Shown: positions 36,560 through 49,836, numbered from the whole stretch's first letter. The stretch: 58,999 nt of DNA, filler included, from Dugesia japonica (GCA_001938525.1; 5 parts of 5 records of this genome joined end to end with filler, not necessarily neighbours in it); one strand, 5' to 3'. The notes: generated by a model not told the origin, from the sequence alone. Made by a program: numbers and translations.

Positions 36560-38400
36560 TATGATTTCAACATGTTAAACATAAGTTGATCCGTATCCAG
36601 CATTTTTGGTATTGGAATTTATGTCGTCATCTTCCGCGGGGTTAGTTTGATATCCATGATCTTCTCTGGTTTAATGTCGTAAAGGAAAATCTGATCTTCT
36701 TTGTTAGCTTGTATTATCATTGTTGACCCTGCTTGCAATTTATATGTCTTAAGTGATTTAGGCCATAATCATTTCTTGATTGGTTTCACCACATGTCGGA
36801 TAGTTAATCCTTTGATCTTGATTAATCTTGTCCACTTTCTTTATTACTCCTTTCTTGTTGAGAAGGCTTACTCAAATTGAGTAATCCGATATGGCTGATG
36901 TATTTATTACAGTTACGTATAGGTTTTTCTCTTTTCACCAATCTGCTCTGGCCCATTAGCTAAGCTATTCATAAGTGGCTAAATCGCTTAGATTGTTCAT
37001 CATTTGTCAGTATACCTTCAGGTCTACCACCGATCTGGTTTCTCGAGTGACACTTAATAAATCGTGTATTGCGTGAAAGGTGGCTGAATCCTCGGTTATA
37101 GGTTTTGTTTAATTCATTCTAATATCTTGAATGGTGGACGACTCTCCGGGTAACTCAGTTACTTTCGTGGTGGTTAATAATAAGTCATCTAGTTTTTGGA
37201 TTTCCTGGTATTTCCTTTTTATATCGGTTAACACTTCCTCAGTATAAATTTCTATTATTTCCTTCTCTTTCTGTTTTAGATTTGGTTGCTGGATTATTTG
37301 TTGATCCTATTCCGTCTCTAATTTCCATATTTCACCTGGCTTTATATGGCATTGAAATATATGTTTATCTTCATCGTCTGTTTCGGTTAATTTGCCGTTT
37401 ATGTATAGGTGATCTTCTGTTAATACATATATTCTTAGTTTTATATCAATTTTCTCGATTAAATTCAACTTGGTGATTTCTTGTGGTTGTAGTTGCGATA
37501 TATTGTCATATCGTGTTCATTTTTACCTGCGTTAATATACAACGTATAGTCCTGTATACTTGTAGTAATAATTATCTCTTCTGAGTATTTCTGTCTAATT
37601 GGAAGCCACTGATCATCTATTTCCTCCGGTATTTCCATCCCGTCATATATATATTGTATATTCTGTTAATTATCATCCAATAGGTTTCTCTGGGTAGTTT
37701 ATTTTTCTCGGTTTGAATCCTGTTAAATATTTTCTCCACTTTGCGCATCGCTACTACTTCCCTTGATGGTGGTTTTCTCATTCTTATCATGTTACACTGC
37801 CCTCTCTCCTTTCTAATTATTGCCTAAGTAATTCATTTCTAGTGGTTAGTATATGTTTTTTTACTCTTTTGTTAGTTTATGTTTCTTCCCTAACACCGTG
37901 GATAGTATCTTTATTTTAATAGGTTCTATTTCTTGCTTATATAATCTTTACATTTCATCCATAATTTCCAACGCAGATTTCTTATTTTTCGCTACCCACT
38001 CGTCATAATCTATCAACGGATAGTTATCTAATATTACTAACTCCGTTTCCTCTCCGGGTTTAATCCCATTATCGTATAGGTAGTTTTTTCTTGCGTTAAA
38101 GTCTACCATGGCGCTTGGGGTACATATGAAATGATTTTCCAGACATGGGTACCCAGCCTGTCTGATAGCCATTTTCAGGTCTTCCACCATTAATCCTGTG
38201 AGGGTTAATTTCGTGTTTCCTTCCAGATTGTATAACCATACTTGGTAGTCGGTTATTCTCATATTTGGTATTACCCCATCGTAATGTATTGGCAACCACT
38301 CGGTCCACTCACTTTCAAAATTGGTGACCAACTTAATGACCTCCAACAGCTCCACCAGCTGATTGGTTAGTCTTATGTATACTTCCTTTCTAATTTTTGG
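36560..38400 (-). pseudogene. Accessory ORF with repeated ubiquitin-like modules
   Basis: MVEDLKMAIRQAGYP..YLYDNGIKPGEETELVI (37948-38355); PKSLKTYKLQAGSTMIIQ (about 36710-36765); shared (W)xPI..IxDY lead-ins. Confidence 0.45.
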
Positions 38401-39127
38401 TTGAAGTTTTGTGCGGTAGTCATTATCTCATTCATTCGTGTTAAGGATACCCACGTTGCTTCTTCTTGTTCCGTGTTTGGATAGTCCATTTAACCTTGAC
38501 CCTTTGAGACGTTGTTTTTGATGTTTGCATGAAGCCTCGGAGATTATTTTCTTTAGAAAGCTTTTTTTTGGGTTATGGTATAACTCGTCGGTATCTCCTC
38601 CTTGATTACTATCTGTGGTCGGTAAATCAGACCCCCAATTAATCAACTGGATCAGCGTTAGTTTGTGTGGCCAAACTCCATAATAAATTAAACTCTTATC
38701 GTCTGGAAGAGTATTGATTCCTATATTGCCGATTTGTAGCCCATGACGGTTCCAGTTTCCTGTCCATTGATATTGGTCAATAAATGGTTGTAATTTAAAG
38801 AATGACTTTTCTGTTAGTCTATTTATACCTTCTACTTCTTCCCATCATATTGTATTGATCACCTCTTAAATGTCATACTGTGAGTCTTTTTAATTCTAAT
38901 TTTATCCTTTTTGGGACAACCTCCAGGTTATTGTGCTATGCATATTGGATTTCGAATTCGTAATTCTCTAGTGCGGTTTCTTTATACAGTTCCCCAATGT
39001 ATTCCAATATCATTTTCTGCCAATTTGTCTGTACTTTAGTGTGTACCTAAGGATGCTGGTATAGTTTTAGCAGTTGATTCATTACTCTATTGTTTTAAAT
39101 ATGATTTCTTTTACCCATTCAAATTCT

Positions 39128-39227
39128 NNNNNNNNNNNNNNNNNNNNNNNNNNNNNNNNNNNNNNNNNNNNTTAATTAATTAANNNNNNNNNNNNNNNNN
39201 NNNNNNNNNNNNNNNNNNNNNNNNNNN
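39128..39227. other. Artificial scaffold-joining spacer
   Basis: 44N + TTAATTAATTAA + 44N. Confidence 0.97.
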
Positions 39228-42200
39228 CAAAATGTCGCGAATCAACATTTATTTCAACTCCGTCCCAGCAGAACCTTTGGTCAGGAGGTACAGATTGCGG
39301 CAAGTTTTGATGGTCAATTGGCTGCAACAAAAACTGGTCCAGAGCATGCCAAGCACTGCAGGAAAAGATTGGAATGCTGGTATTTGAAATGTCACAGCTC
39401 AGGTCGCAGAACATCGAATATACCATAAGGACACTGCCCAGGGTATGATAATTTGAGTATTGGAGGCTGAGTTTGAATTGCTTCGAGCAGAAAATAAGCA
39501 AATAAGTGATCAACTCCATCATCAGCCGTCAATGTCATCTACAGTTCCTCCACCCAGAAAAATCAGAAAGATATTTGTAGACCTATCCGAAGATACTTAA
39601 TGAACTAACCATACTAATTTTTAGTGATTACAACAGTATTGTACATGTGTATAGAAAATAGAATGATTTCGAGTGACTAAACTTTTCCCTTCTACGACTT
39701 CTATCTTCGATTTCAATAATGGACCCAAATAATACGCAGATGGTACGCTCATGCACTCTTGGCGTCGGGCAAGAGTCACCGGGGCTGCTATCAACATACT
39801 CTCAGGACGGGTATTTAAATCCCAGTTTGAGGGTTGTTAGTGATATAAATCCTTGAGCCATATCACGTCATGACCCCAACATTATTATTATTATCATCAT
39901 ACTGACTATTATTAAGCTCTGAGGTTTTGATGTTTTATTTCTTCTTTTATAACTCTTGGTAATTCTTTCTTGGAATTCTTTTTATCTCATTATTTTCTAG
40001 AGGCAGATACCCCAGAGCCGGCAGAAATGTTTCAACACATAGTATTGAATCTTTAATAATATTAGTAATGAAGGACGTAATTAGAATAAAATTGTATTAG
40101 GTATAACATATTTCACTTTATGGCGTTGAAAAGGTCACTTGTTTCGTCCAACGGTGCCAGAATCTGTCGCAAGCTTGTTTCGATTATTGTCGCCAGTCTT
40201 TCAGATATCTTTGTCTATTCTTCCGCCTTGATTTGCGTCGATCACATGGACTGAATGACCGTTTGTTGTTGTTCGGCCAACTCGGTAGATTTGATGAGCA
40301 GAGTGACCAGCTCTTTTTCTCTTTCCTCCTGATTCATGATGGCTTTGGTTAATTGATGCTCATTCTGTTGCTCTTGTTCCCTGATTTTCTTCTTTTATCG
40401 CTTCAATTTCTCGAAATGTTGTTGTTCCTGACTAGCCATTTCCTCCACTAGCCTTTTGATGCGATCCTACTTCTGATTCATTCTATCTTGTATTATCCTT
40501 CAGGGCTCAGTATTGATACCTTCCAGCCCTTTGGAATCCCAAACGTCAGACGTGCTACTGTTTGAACCAGTGTTAAAGCTGTATCCTGCTCCGCTTAAAC
40601 TGTTGATGGCCTCTGCTCTCACAAATTGATGTGTCATCCTTGTTCTAAGTAATCATATTAATACGTGGATACTGAACAATCGTAAATCAACTCAAAGAAC
40701 AGTATATATTATAAATTAAAGGAATGTTAACCGATAATTCTCTTTTCGTTTATCCATACTACTCTTGATTAGTAGATCATCGACCACTCATCATATTGAA
40801 TGGAGCTGGGAGTCCTTTATGAATTTCATTAAATTTTCCTTTTCTATCTCAGGCCTGATTATTCACATCACCATTCATAATATTTCATGGTAAACCTATT
40901 GTAATCAATCGAGAATCATCAGAAATCCAACTCCCTCCGGATAATAAATGGTCCTTCTATCTCTTAGAGCATCATTATGGTAATATCACAAAGTGTATTG
41001 TCGTATCTAAACAAACAAACTTTAATGTTTAAATACTGAAATTATAGCTAAGATATTAATATTAATCAATTATCAGCAATCAAAATAAATGTTTATAATA
41101 CAATATAAAATTAATGAATAATAAACTCATAGTTGAAAGTTTGATATTTTTACATACACTGAACAATCATTTATTTCAGTCTAATGGTCATATAATAAAG
41201 AGAAAGATCCAACCACCCACCTCTAAAATCAGGTTTATCACGCTTAATAGAAAAGCAAGTTTTGAACAACGAGCGTCTCATTCTATCACTACAATCAATT
41301 CGCCGTTTATTATTTAGTAATAATTGTTCGTTCCAATCATCATAGTGTAACATATCAGCCCTTTCATTTATCAATACAGGAGATTTCTTCCGTGTTACTC
41401 TACGCTATTATTTATCATTTCACGACACGTTGGTTTCTTTCTACCCATTGTCAATTCACTATAGTGCATCATTTTATCATCGTTATTTATGAGTGGAAGA
41501 TCTCGCGAAGAAGGAGCTGATAAGAACGACCGTCAAAGATAGCAGAACTACCTTCAGACAATTCCTCCTTCAGTGTCTTCCAAAAAAAAACATTTAACAA
41601 TTTAAAATATGATTAATACATAAAAATAGAAGAAATCCTTCCTTCTTTTCCCGATAGTTGTTCATATTTAATTAAACAGCTAATGGCGTTTCAATGGAAA
41701 TTTTTAAGAGTGTTCTTCTAATGATTTTAATTTCTTTTTATACCTCACTGAATCGTCAAACTTTGACAGATACGGTTGGCGTCCACTTCAGATTTCTGTT
41801 ATTGTAAGAAATCGTACGCTGTTCACCCGTAGCTTCTACAGAAATGTCCAAAATGGGCGTGATTATTTTTATTTTTTGTTAATTCCGTTGCGTATTATGT
41901 GCTCACAGATGTCCTATGTTTTTTCATCAAGTTAAAAAATTAATATTTTCCTTAAAAAATAATAGTTTTCTAAAACTTGTACACATTTTAGATATAAAGA
42001 TAACTACACGATCCTATGCAAATAAAAATATATCAATCCTGAATTCTTACATAAAATCATCAGACCTTCTACATATAACTTTCTTGTTATAATTCATTCT
42101 TGTTCCTTATAAATAATAATATTTATCGAATAATAATAATTTTAATTAAATTTATCGATAATATTAATAATTTCACATTTTAATATTTTTTATCAAATTA

Positions 42201-42729
42201 TAATAATGATACCATTCTTGTACTTAAACCTGACTAATAATCTACTATTTTATTATTTATAATCATTATGATGATTTATTTTGCTTTCCTTTTCCTATAA
42301 TTTCTCTTTAAAATATCAAATTATATTAATATAATTATTTGTTTTAATCTCTCCTTTTCTCTCATCAATATAATTTTATTTTTAATACATGAATACTTTC
42401 ANNNNNNNNNNNNNNNNNNNNNNNNNNNNNNNNNNNNTGGTTTTATTTTACATTCTCCTTTTCAATTATTTAAATATTTTGATTTATTTTCTGGACATAT
42501 TTTACCTTAGCCATCTAATTATTGATTATCTTCAATTATTATATTTTTTAATATTTAATAAATTTTTCTTTTTCTCGACAACTTATTACATCTTCATTTT
42601 CTTTATATATTGTTTTACCCTAAATTTTGTTCGATATTTTGTTTTTCAATTTCAGTTATTATTATTTAATAATCATTTCCTTATCATTAATATTTCTTTT
42701 ATTCTTAGTGATCTTTTTTTATTCTTTTG

Positions 42730-43186
42730 ATCTTAGTGACTTCAGACAGCATAAGGTCTTCTTCAGCATTTTGACGCATGGTGGACTTACTTACTTCTAA
42801 TATGGTCGCCAATTTTCTAAGATCGTTCATAATTAGCTCTCCAGCTCTTTGGATAGCTTTTGGGGTTTGTGACTTCCTTGTTTTTGAACGAATCTTTCTC
42901 TTCGGACTACTCGTATTTCTTCTCCAGACTTATCCAAGTTACGATACCTTTGGGCAATATCGTATACCGTTGTCCTGGGATAACCGAAAAACTTAGTAAT
43001 TTCTGCAGGCGATCTTCCAGCACGCATACCTTCAATTATTGCCGATCTTCGAAAAAATTCTGCATTCATTTAGGTTTTTCTAAAACAATTTTAAGTAATA
43101 CACAGATAAGCTTATTTAAAAAAATTTATATTAAATTTAGATTAATTAATTTATGTATTAGGAAATATTTTTCTGGTGTATCCTAT
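42730..43186 (-). mobile_element. 5' fragment of a Tc1/mariner-superfamily element (HTH region plus degenerate TIR)
   Basis: RRSAIIEGMRAGRSPAEITKFFGYPRTTVYDI..LRKLATILEVSKSTMR; TIR-like taggatacaccagaaaat at about 43165-43186. Confidence 0.8.
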
Positions 43187-43474
43187 ATATATATTGATAT
43201 TGATATTGATATTTTTAAATTATTTTATTTTAATAAATTGAAAATGATAATTAAATTATTAGATTTTTCGTTTAAATACTATCGATTATTCTTCATCTTT
43301 TTTTTTACTTTACTCAAACACTTTTGATAATAAATAGACCTTATGGAAAATTGTGAAGTTTTAAATTTAACTAATAAGTAGTAAACAAGTACGCATTAAG
43401 TTTATCATGTATGTTGGGTTTTCACAATTTTAAAAAGACATTATTTCTGTGGCGGCGCACTCGCGAAATAATAA

Positions 43475-43477
<3 letters not shown>

Positions 43478-43539
<62 letters not shown>

Positions 43540-43619
43540 NNNNNNNNNNNNNNNNNNNNNNNNNNNNNNNNNNNNNNNNNNNNNNNNNNTTATTATTTTT
43601 ATTATTATTATTTTTATTA

Positions 43620-43654
<35 letters not shown>

Positions 43655-43675
43655 TTTATTATTTTCATTATTATT
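43478..43675. repeat. (TTA)n microsatellite
   Basis: Direct observation; spans a gap. Confidence 0.97.
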
Positions 43676-46090
43676 GTTGGGGTTCTATCTAGGTAGCTTA
43701 ATTTTAATTTATGTCTTGGGTGGGCTACTAAGTAAAACCCTGCAAAGAGTTTGATCTAAAGTCCCAAATCTAGATTTTCAGAATAAAGCCGGTGACTCGC
43801 AACTCGTAGTTTGAGGGCATGCTGATATTCCTTTGGTTTGGGTCCTTCTATCTATTATACTCACTTTACTTTTCTTCTTCCTCCAAGGCTAACATTTCAA
43901 TAACATCAATAATACCGCAGTCATATAAATTAATTAATTAGTAAGTTTAGTCATGTTTATAGTTATAATCAATGATTATTTTAAAGAAACAAAATCAACG
44001 CAATAAGGGTTAAAACGTTTAGAAAGGTTTATCTAGAGTCCTGACTACATTAAGTAAAGGAACACCATTCCGTCATACCAGTTCATAATACCGTCTGATC
44101 ATACATTGACATTTGCAATTATTTGTGGACCATTACATTAATAGCATTTATCTACCCTTAAACTCTATGGTAACTCATATGTACGGCTTAAACACTTGCA
44201 AGCTCCCATACTCATAGAGAAATCCATCATCCATCGCCAGCTTTGCCCATTAGTATTGAGAAGCCACCTGAAAACTTTTTATTTTACCAAGTATAGACAG
44301 TAATACAACCACAACTAATCTTCAAGTATTTAGATTTACCATCCTCGCGTTTCTACAAGGCTGCCACTTGACCACTGCAACTGGTCCAACTTTTACTAGT
44401 TTATTGGTCGCCTAAATGCCGCGACGCATCGGTGAAAATCAATGAAAATAAATCATTATTTATACTTTTGTATACTTATATAATTTTTCTCCTCATTCCC
44501 ATAGACATCCCAATTTTAATATTTTTTCGATTGAAAGTTACTAAAATATATTCCTATTTAATTGTATTTTCATCCTATGTAATTACAATTTTAAAGCATT
44601 TTTTGATCTTTCTATAAATCTTAGTGTTTTATCTTCGTTGTTATAAATTTTTCGTAGTTCTTTATCAAGAAAACCAACTACCCATAAATTTCTAGAACTT
44701 ATCATTATTCCGGAAAATTCAAAATATTTTGTCATCTTCTTAATAAACATTTCAACATCCTGACCTTTATTGAAGATTCCAGGAAATATTGCTTTTTTTA
44801 GCAGATCCATTGAAACTTTGGTCACCGTATTAGATTTTTTTGTTTGATTCCTTTAATTCAATTAAATTAAGAATTCCAATTCAAAACTTTATTAAAACAC
44901 AAATAATTCTTTAGTAAAATTATTCTTGATTTCTGAGCGTTTCTTCTTTAAACTGCCTTATGTAATTTATGTTTTTATATAATTTATTTTAGAAAATTAT
45001 TCAAAAAAATTATTAAATGAATAGCCGAGTAACGTATGTTTGTTTATTTCTTTGTTTGTATACTTATTTGTGCCTGATTCTCAATATTATTCAAAAACTT
45101 TCCAAAAACCTTTAATATTGTAATTTTTTATTATAAATTTTTAGAGTTTCAATTATTATATTAAAAAACCAGTAGTGTATGTTTGTTTCTGCGTAATGCT
45201 CATTATTATTCAACCAATTTCAAAAATTGTGATTTTTTATTATAGTGTTACAAATTTCAATTATTATATTAAAAACCCAGTAGTGTATGTTTGTTTCTTC
45301 GTTTATTTGAAAATTTATTAAAGCTTAATAAAATTGAAAAATATAAAGAAATTTATTCAGAAAATGACCAAGCAAAGTATTCAAAAATGATTAATTTCAA
45401 TGATGATAATTTTAAAGATTTTAGTGAAAAGTTTAAATTTGTAAATGGAAGTTTCTTTTAAAAAGAATAAGAAAAATTTAAGAAAGCAGATAATTTAAAT
45501 AATGAGAATAAAACATCTATAAATTGAAAATAATACTCAAAATTTTAAGTTTTAAGCATCAAGACTAATGATACAGATTTATAATTATTTTGTTGAAAAT
45601 CTAATAAAGACTAAACATTTTAATTAATATATTAAAAAATTTCAGAGGTATTTGTTTGTATGTTTGCGGGATACTGAATATTATTCAGAAAATTTCAAAA
45701 TTTGGGATATCTTATAAAGTTTTTAAAATTTTGAAATATATATACATATATTATATATATTATATTATTCATTATTGCTTGGTCATTCAAACTTATTTCT
45801 GATAACTATATATTAGATAAAAATCTTTTAACTTCAAATAAGTAAAATTTTGGATAGTATAACTTTGTTGTTTTAATTTCAATATATTAATAAAGATCTT
45901 TAGGTTCCATCTAAGCAGTTTAATTTTTATTTAGAGTAGTATGATCTAGTAGAAGTCCATGAAAAATTATATCAAACGTTCCAAAACTAGATTTTCAGAT
46001 GAACCAGTCACTTGCAATCTGTAGCTTGAATGAATAATCGTGATCCTTTTTTTTGGATCCTTCGCTCGATGATATTTGTTTTATTTTCTG
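43675..46090. mobile_element. Two diverged about 190-bp direct repeats (43675-43870 and about 45895-46090), possibly LTRs, around a gag remnant
   Basis: ggttctatctaggtagcttaatttt / ggttccatctaagcagtttaatttt and tagattttcaga..cc.gt.act.gcaa shared; first copy starts TGTTGGGG. Confidence 0.45.
44583..44825 (-). pseudogene. gag: Gypsy gag N-terminal remnant
   Basis: PGIFNKGQDVEMFIKKMTKYFEFSG resembles the retrotransposon gag PxxFxG..F..YF pattern. Confidence 0.5.
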
Positions 46091-46136
46091 TTAGTCTCCC
46101 CGGTACTATTTCCGTATTCATATAATATCATTTATA

Positions 46137-47441
46137 CAGGGTGCTCCAATTTAAGGTTACATTTTAAATTTTCAATAAAAGAAGCTAAAGGTATGAAATG
46201 TAGCAAAATATTTATTTACAATGATAGTACATGTATCCCAGTTTAACAATGAAAAATAATGTCATGCAAGTGACCTCCTGCTGCTGCATACCATGCACTC
46301 ATTCTTTTACAAAAGTTTTCTATGACATTTTGGCACAACTGGGGCTTGATTTTACCAATTTTATAGATGATGTTCTCCTTAAGATAAAAAATTGTTTGAT
46401 GATCGCTAATATACACCTTTTCTTTTAAATAACCCCAAAAGAAAAAATCTAGAGGTGTTAGATAGCTGGACCTGGGCAGACAATTAATGTTAGCATTTCG
46501 AGAAATTAATCTTATACCAAATCGTTCTCTTAAAAGGGCAAATGTTTCTTTTGTCGTATGAGACGTAGCACCATCCTCCTGAAACCACATATTCTGGATA
46601 TCCATACATTTCAATTTATGAAACAAAAATTTTCCAATCATATTTCGATATCGAGCTCCGGTAACTGTTACCGAATTCCCAGCTTCATTCTCAAAAAAAT
46701 AAGGGCCGATAACAACACCCACCCAAAAACCACAACAAACATTTACCTTTGGTGAACGTAATTGTTTTTGTAGTATTTTATGTGGGTTTTCATTGCCCCA
46801 AATTCTAAAATNNNNNNNNNNNNNNNNNNNNNNNNNNNNNNNNNNNNNNNNNNNNNNNNNNNNNNNNNNNNNNNNNNNNNNNNNNNNNNNNNNNNNNNNN
46901 NAATGGCCCATTTACTGAATTTACGACGTATTTCAAAGTCTACCGGCTTTATATGTTGAGTTATTTGAATCTTGAATGCATTAAAATGAAGATCCTCGTG
47001 AGAAATTCTAAATAAACGTCGTTCTTGGAATGGATAGTTGTTGTGAACGACGACGGATTGACGTTTTTAGTTTCTCACTCACATTATAGCTTACAGATGC
47101 AATATTTGTTTCCGAGCGATCACTTTTATGATATTCTAAGTGTCGTTCATCTTTTAACCAGCCCCTTTTTATAAATTGTTTGATAACTTTTTGAATTGTC
47201 ACATATGAGACAATAAACTTTCTCAGCCATATTCAGACTTAAATTTTCTGTGAACTTCGGCATAACTTTCACCGTATTTAAAATANTTTTTCCATAAATA
47301 CTCTTTGTACAATGATTTAATGATTCATTTGTAAAAACCGCATGAATTACTATTGCTTATTCAAAAATTATTGATTTAATAAAATAAAGCAGAAATAAAT
47401 GAAATTAAATTTAAAATGTAACCTTAAATTGGAACACCCTG
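46137..47441 (-). mobile_element. Full-length (1305 bp) DD41D (rosa/VS) Tc1/mariner element with decayed transposase
   Basis: 35-bp TIRs cagggtg(c/t)tccaatttaaggttacattttaaattt with one mismatch, TA on both sides; WFQEDGATSH..41 residues..LTPLDFFFWGYLK; N-terminal TSIRRRSQQL HTH. Confidence 0.96.
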
Positions 47442-48246
47442 TAAAATATCATTCAAGGAGCATTACATGTGCCATGATTCTAAAACTTTACCTAATACTG
47501 ATATCTGATAGAATTCCTATAGTTAAATTTTATTTTAGAATTTAGCATTTAATAATGTATTATTTTATTAAATTATATTTTCTTTGCCTCAATGTTGATA
47601 AGTGAGTTTTATTTTTAATTGAATTTTCTTTTAAAACAAATATAAAAATTTGATTATTTAAATAATTTNNNNNNNNNNNNNNNNNNNNNNNNNNNNNNNN
47701 NNNNNNNNNNNNNNNNNNNNNNNNNNNNNNNNNNNNNNNNNNNNNNNNNNNNNNNNNNNNNNNNNNNNNNNNNNNNNNNNNNNTATGAAATTATATCGAA
47801 TAAAATTTATTTTAAAACAAATTTATTAAATTGAAAATTTTCCATATAAAATATAAAAAAAATTTTAAAAAAATTAAACTTAGCTATTAAGATTAAATTA
47901 AACATTTATAATAACAATGTTTAGAAAATACGAAAAAAATATTCACTTTTATAAATTAATCAATTATTTAAACGTGAAATATCATTCAAATATTCTTTTT
48001 AATAATGAAATCAAAAATAAAATCGAATTTAAAATTATGACAATTTTTTTAACCTGAATATATTTTTTAAACCACTCAAATTAAATAAATAAAATTCTTT
48101 AATTTTTAGTTACATATCTATTATGAATTTAATTTAAAAAAACAATTTTTACCTAATTTTATTCTGTTTAAAAATTAGAAATTTTTATTTATTTTTAATT
48201 AAATAAAAAACATAAATTTGTTTGAATTTTATACGAATTTTAAATA

Positions 48247-49736
48247 ATGGAATTAGACGATTACTGTTTAGTATGTTACACGGATTTTAAAGAAGAAAGT
48301 TGTATTTTATTAAATAAATGTAAACATGTGTTTTGCAAGAATTGCTGTGAGAAAATGTTTTTTAGAAATAAAATTTGTTGTCCAGTTGATAGAAATTCAA
48401 TAGAAAATTTACGAATAATCAATACTGATAAAACAATTAATAATTCAACAAGTTTTGAATTTCAATGTTCAATATTAACAAATCAATATCAACATTTAAA
48501 TGAAAATATGGAAAATCATTTGACAAATTTAATTTCACTTCATATTAAAGCTTTAAATATTAATCATGATGGATTAATAATATTGTATAAATCATATGAA
48601 AACAATCAAATAAATTCGACAGAATTTGATAAAGTAATTCACGAACAAACTACTGCTGAATTATTATGCACATCAACTTCGTCGACAAATCCATTTGATA
48701 TCGATAAATTAGCTTGTAAATTTTTAGAATTATATCCTGGTGATTTATTATTAACAAATATAGATGGATATAAAATGTTGAAACGGTATTTGAGATGTTT
48801 ATTAAATGCATTCGATATCAAATTAGAAAAGTATTTTGTTACTAAAAAGAATATTTCGAGATCGAAAATGTTAGCTATTAAATCTAGTATTGAATTTTTG
48901 GACAGTTTTTTAATCGATATTAAAATATATTTTCTGATATTAAGCATTTCGATTTTGAAAGACAGCAGTAAAATTAACCGCAGTTTTTTACTACAAAGAA
49001 ATGAAACGAAAGAAAATTGTTGTGTAATTTGTCAGAAATTAGTTAGTAAAATCAATTATGGTAAATTTTCAATTTGTAATCATAAAATTTGTTTGGCATG
49101 CATTAAAAGAAACTTTTTATTCAATGCAAGTTGTCCATTTCATCTGTCGAAAGAAACAAAATTGATAATTTACAAATCAAAAGAAATTCAACAATACTGT
49201 GGAAATTTTTTAATTGAAAATTTCAATGAAATTTTTATTAATAATATTGATGAAATATTTGAAGATTTGAAAAGATTTTGCTCAAATTTAACAGCGAACA
49301 GTTCTAATATAGTTAGTGTTTTAGAAAATTTAATTCTTTATCATAGAAGAAAATGTTTGGGTTTTAAGCGCATGAAATCAAATTATTTAAGGTCAACAAA
49401 CATTCCGCCATTATTCGAAAATTCTGCAATTGATATATTAATTAAAACCTATAAATTTATTGAAGTAAAATATCGTGGTTTATTCTTATTTACAACTAGA
49501 TTGTATAATAGTTTCATGAATTTCTTCCCATCACCATCGAAAGGTTTAATGACAACAGTTTTTCGTTTACTTGATCACTATTTTTATCTGTTCAATACAT
49601 TTTTGAAGAATTTCGAAGAATTTAATAAATCATTGATTATTCCAAGAAATTCTGAAAATCCAGATTTTCGAAATGAAATTGAAAATTTTCTGAAATTCTA
49701 TAATCAATTTTATAATTTCATTATTATTCATGCAAT
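48247..49736 (+). CDS. Intronless protein with two RING-HC fingers (putative E3 ligase); 3' end cut by the scaffold end
   Basis: CLVC..CKHVFCKNC..CPVD and CVIC..CNHKICLAC..CPFH; about 496 open codons; the ORF-track stop lies inside the spacer. Confidence 0.88.
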
Positions 49737-49836
49737 NNNNNNNNNNNNNNNNNNNNNNNNNNNNNNNNNNNNNNNNNNNNTTAATTAATTAANNNNNNNN
49801 NNNNNNNNNNNNNNNNNNNNNNNNNNNNNNNNNNNN
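49737..49836. other. Artificial scaffold-joining spacer
   Basis: 44N + TTAATTAATTAA + 44N. Confidence 0.97.

Larger units (their letters stand above)
31181..39127 (-). mobile_element. Large env-bearing Gypsy/Metaviridae-type retroelement fragment; no LTR, clear gag or integrase visible
   Basis: Visibly GC-richer co-oriented block holding accessory ORFs, class III env, two protease domains, RT and RNase H. Confidence 0.8.

Noticed and set aside
41114-41470. Possible GIY-YIG remnant (IKRDKPDF)
   Set aside because: Too degenerate; core motifs not recoverable
43411-43754. Poly-I, poly-Y and poly-N ORFs
   Set aside because: (TTA)n microsatellite
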